Source of the DNA: Malacoraja senta
Taxonomy: Eukaryota
DNA length: 64,000 nt
Direction of reading: 5' to 3'
Assembly (NCBI GenBank): GCA_038087875.1
Contig: JAXLNO010002302.1
Span: 1-64,000, forward strand
The notes below the pieces were generated by a model that saw only the letters and a program-made list of their open reading frames with translations, ran no database searches and was not told the DNA's origin. Made by a program: the position numbers and the translations under genes. Shown one piece after another: positions 60,991 to 64,000 of the stretch (positions are counted from its first letter, which is position 1; the number at the start of each line of letters is the position of its first letter).

Positions 60991-61899
60991 ACTATCATTA
61001 CTAACTCTTTCTATCCTTTCTCTTATTAAAGTTTAAAATAAGAAGTGGTACAAGAAAAGTATAACCTTACGTTTATTGGAGATCACTGTAATGTACAATA
61101 CTTCTAATTTAAAAAAAAATTAAAAAAAAATAAACAACAAAAAAAAGGTCAAATCTTGAGTGGCCAAGTCATTCTGAACCCAATTGAGCATGCCTTTTAC
61201 CTGCTGAAGAGAAAACTGAAGGGGACTCGCCCCCAAAACAAGCGTAAGCTAAAGATGGCTGCAATACAGGCCTGGCAGAGCATCACCAGAGAAGACACCC
61301 AGCAACTGGTGATGTCCATGAATCGCAGACTTCAAGCAGTGTCCCAAACATTATGGTGCCCTGAAATGGGGGGGACTATGTATAAATACTGCTGTAATTT
61401 CTACATGGTGAAACCAAAATGTATAAAAATGGTCTTTATTAATATTTGACAATGAGCACTTTAACCACATGTGCTTTTTTTCTATTTCAAATCTCAAATT
61501 GTGGAGTACAGAGGCAAATAAATAAATGATGGGTCTTTGTCCCAAACATTATGGTGGGCACTGTGGCCAACCAAGTCCGCGACGTCCAATGATCACCCCG
61601 TACACTCGCACTATCCTACACACGAGGGACAATTTACAATTATACAGAAGCCAATTAACCTACTAAACTACACGTCTTTGGATTGTGGTAAGAAACCGGA
61701 GCACCCGGATAAAACCCACGCTGTCACAGGCAGAACATACAAACTCCGTACAGACAGCACCCGTAGTCATGATCAAACCCGGGTCTCTGGCGCTGTAAGG
61801 CAGCAACTCTACCGCTGTGCCACTGTGCCGCCCTGGGTCATTTCCTCGGGTAAAATTTGATGGTAGAGATTATAAAGTGCATTTTAATTATTATTCAAG

Positions 61900-61969
61900 G
61901 AAAAAACCAGCCGAGACCTTGAAGATGAGGTCGGCAGTGGTGGAGGAAGGAGAGGAACAGCGCCGGTGA
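61900..61969 (+). CDS. Exon 5, short cytoplasmic tail without tyrosine
   Basis: TTATTCAAG|G then KKPAETLKMRSAVVEEGEEQRR*; phase 2 fits exon 4; frame and stop are conserved in the inverted copy. Confidence 0.55.
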
Positions 61970-62269
61970 GCTGCCTGGGTGGGGCCTCACCTCGCAAGGA
62001 GACGGCCGTGGGAGGCGAGGGGAAAAGGGTGCGTTGGTGGGTCGAGGTGTGGGCGGAGTGCGAGTGGGCTGCTGGAGGCCCTGCAGCAGCCAGTGCATCG
62101 GGTGCCGCTGGAGGTCCCACAGAGGTCGTGGACGAGCGCGCGGATCGGACACGGCCTGTAGCGGCACGGAGCGGCGGTGGAGGCATCGACAACATCGCCA
62201 GGCCAGGCCGAACCCTGCAACTCCCACCCAGTGCCGTTCCGACGACAACGGGCCTTTAAGCCCAAAATA

Positions 62270-63379
62270 AGACTCTGCTTTTTTACCAATTTGATGTTTA
62301 AGAATATAAAATACTGCCAAAAATGTGGCAACTCTTGTGTACTGTATCATATAATCTGCTATTAATACACTCTTGTCCTTAGCTTCAGCTGTGCCTATAT
62401 CAAGTAAGCTTTTTACTGAATTCTATGCAAAAGAAATTTCACTGTACTCATGTGCATGAGACAATAAAGTACCATTGAACCATTGAGCAATGGGGACATA
62501 AAAGCGGTTAAATGATTACAAGTATTGAACTGTGGACACGCGTTAGAAGAATAAGATAAAAATTTAGGGTAATCGTTATATCAACATTGTTATTCTGATG
62601 GAATGACGCCCAATAATCATCGTTTAGCTTTTCAGGGCCAGAGAGGGTGTTCACCAGTTGGAGATGTACAAATCTCATCACCTTGACCCTACAGCATCAC
62701 CACACCCCACCTATGTCCAATCTAACATGGCCGCTTGAGGAGGAATTTCTTTAGCCAGACGGCTGTGGAGGCCAAATCAATGGATATTTTCAAATTGGAG
62801 ATTGACAGGTTTACTCAGGGTGTCAAAGGTTGAGGGGAGGAGGCAGGAGAATGGGATGGAGGGGGAAAGATAGATCATCCATGATTGAATGGCAGAGTAG
62901 ACTCGATGGAGCAAATGGCCGAATTCTGCACCTATCTTTACAGACACGTCTGTACATTCTGACATTCACCCAAAAGACAGCAGTACATAGACTAGAACTC
63001 AAAGCCAACTCTCCAGAATGTGAACTTTTAACTTTATTACCAAATGAATTGTTGTGTAAAACCCTGCACAATTAATAATGTTTAAAATAATCCAATGTAA
63101 TAAAAGATGCTGAATTATTGTCATAAGGCCATTAGTGATAACAGTAGAATTAGGTCATTCAGCCCATCAAGTCTACTCCGCCATTCAATCATGACTGACC
63201 TATCTCTTCCTCCCAACCCCATTCTCCTGCTTTCTCCCCATAACATCTGACACATGTACTAATTAAGAATCTATCTGGCGTTTATCTGGTGACGTGAGTA
63301 GACTTACCTGATCACGTTTGGCTTTGTCTTATTTCTCCTGGGTAACGTTTCAACACATGAGAAACTGAGGAAGGCTGGA
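62270..63379 (+). repeat. Boundary module, direct repeat of 46420-47485
   Basis: Matches through ...GGAAGGCTGGA, then switches abruptly to zinc-finger sequence. Confidence 0.85.
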
Positions 63380-64000
63380 GCCCGAGAAAGCTGGAGATCC
63401 ACCGGCAGGTTCACACGGGCGAGAAGCCCTATGGCTGCTCCACCTGTGGCAAGAGATGTACCCAGTTGTCGGGGCTGCGGGAGCACCAGCGGGTGCACAG
63501 CAGTGAGCGGCCCTTCACCTGCTCCGACTGCGTTAAAGGTTTCAAGTCGTCCACGAACCTAAAGGTGCACAGGCGCCTGCATACTGGGGAGCGGTCCTAC
63601 ACCTGCAGTGACTGTGGCATGGACTTCACCCAGTCCAGCGGCCTGCTGAAGCACAAGCGCACCACACTGGCGACCGTCCCTACACCTGTGCCCAGTGCGG
63701 CAAGGGCTTCATCCACTCCAGCAACCTGCAGGAGCACCAGCGCACCCAGACCAGCGAGCGCCCCTACATCTGTGCCCAGTGCGGCAAGGGCTTCACCCTA
63801 TACGGCTACCTGCTGAAGCACCAGCGCACCCACACCGGCGAGCGCCCCTACACCTGTGCCCAGTGCGGCAAGGGTTTCACCCAATACGGCCACCTGCAGA
63901 CGCACCAGCATACCCACAACGGCGAGCGCCCCTATACCTGTGCCCAATGCCGCAAGAGCTTCATCAGATCCAGCAGCCTTCTGGAGCACCAGCGCACCCT
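63380..64000 (+). pseudogene. C2H2 zinc-finger array, 5'-truncated, with a 1-bp frameshift; runs off the window
   Basis: HTGEKPYGCSTCGK, SERPFTCSDC, TGERPYTCAQCGKGF repeats; frameshift at about 63663; in-frame TGA at about 63357 and no ATG. Confidence 0.85.

Larger units (their letters stand above)
57186..61139 (+). mobile_element. 5'-truncated L1 (most of ORF2, decayed) inside the Tc1
   Basis: LWESFKAFIRG, GKTPGPDGF, SLDAEKAFD, RQGCSLSP, LYADD, CDKC, poly(A); degenerate TSD AAAAAATGGTCAATTCT / AAAAAAAGGTCAAATCT. Confidence 0.9.
55337..61563 (+). mobile_element. Tc1 IR/DR transposon (mirror of 23593-25181), interrupted by L2 and L1
   Basis: TIR CAGTGCCCTCCATAATG at 55337 and ...GGTGGGCACTG at 61563; transposase pieces at 55683-56205, 56882-57185 and 61140-61340. 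Confidence 0.88.
47390..63150 (+). repeat. Right arm of the inverted segmental duplication
   Basis: Reverse complement of about 21960-37240, with arm-specific TE insertions. Confidence 0.88.

Noticed and set aside
61884-62350. Several 80-150 aa ORFs on both strands in the GC-rich block (also 22810-23290)
   Set aside because: Their frames are not conserved between the two arms except for the short tail exon, so the rest is likely 3' UTR.

Overview
Eukaryotic, repeat-dense vertebrate DNA. The repeat complement (HE1/V-SINE-like SINEs, CR1 LINEs with esterase ORF1, Penelope-like elements, AT-rich L1s) points to a cartilaginous fish, probably a skate or ray; this is inference. Positions 1-19.6 kb are a nest of transposons: one L1 split by a Penelope-like element, a Helitron-like insert and a CR1, and the CR1 holds a young 5.5-kb endogenous retrovirus with near-identical 793-bp LTRs. 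A CpG-island promoter follows at about 20.0-20.7 kb. Positions 22-63 kb are a large inverted segmental duplication carrying a head-to-head pair of single-Ig-domain CD300/pIgR-like receptor genes, which the ORF track misses because they are spliced. The plus-strand copy assembles into a phase-compatible 5-exon, 246-aa ORF: leader, V-type Ig domain, Thr-rich stalk, transmembrane segment with an Arg, and a short tail without tyrosine. The minus-strand copy has been partly duplicated in tandem and is disabled. All three Ig exons lack the extra disulfide typical of the family. The window ends in a truncated, frameshifted C2H2 zinc-finger array joined at a duplication breakpoint. All calls come from reading the sequence by eye; no database searches were run, and TE boundaries without a stated target-site duplication (TSD) are approximate.
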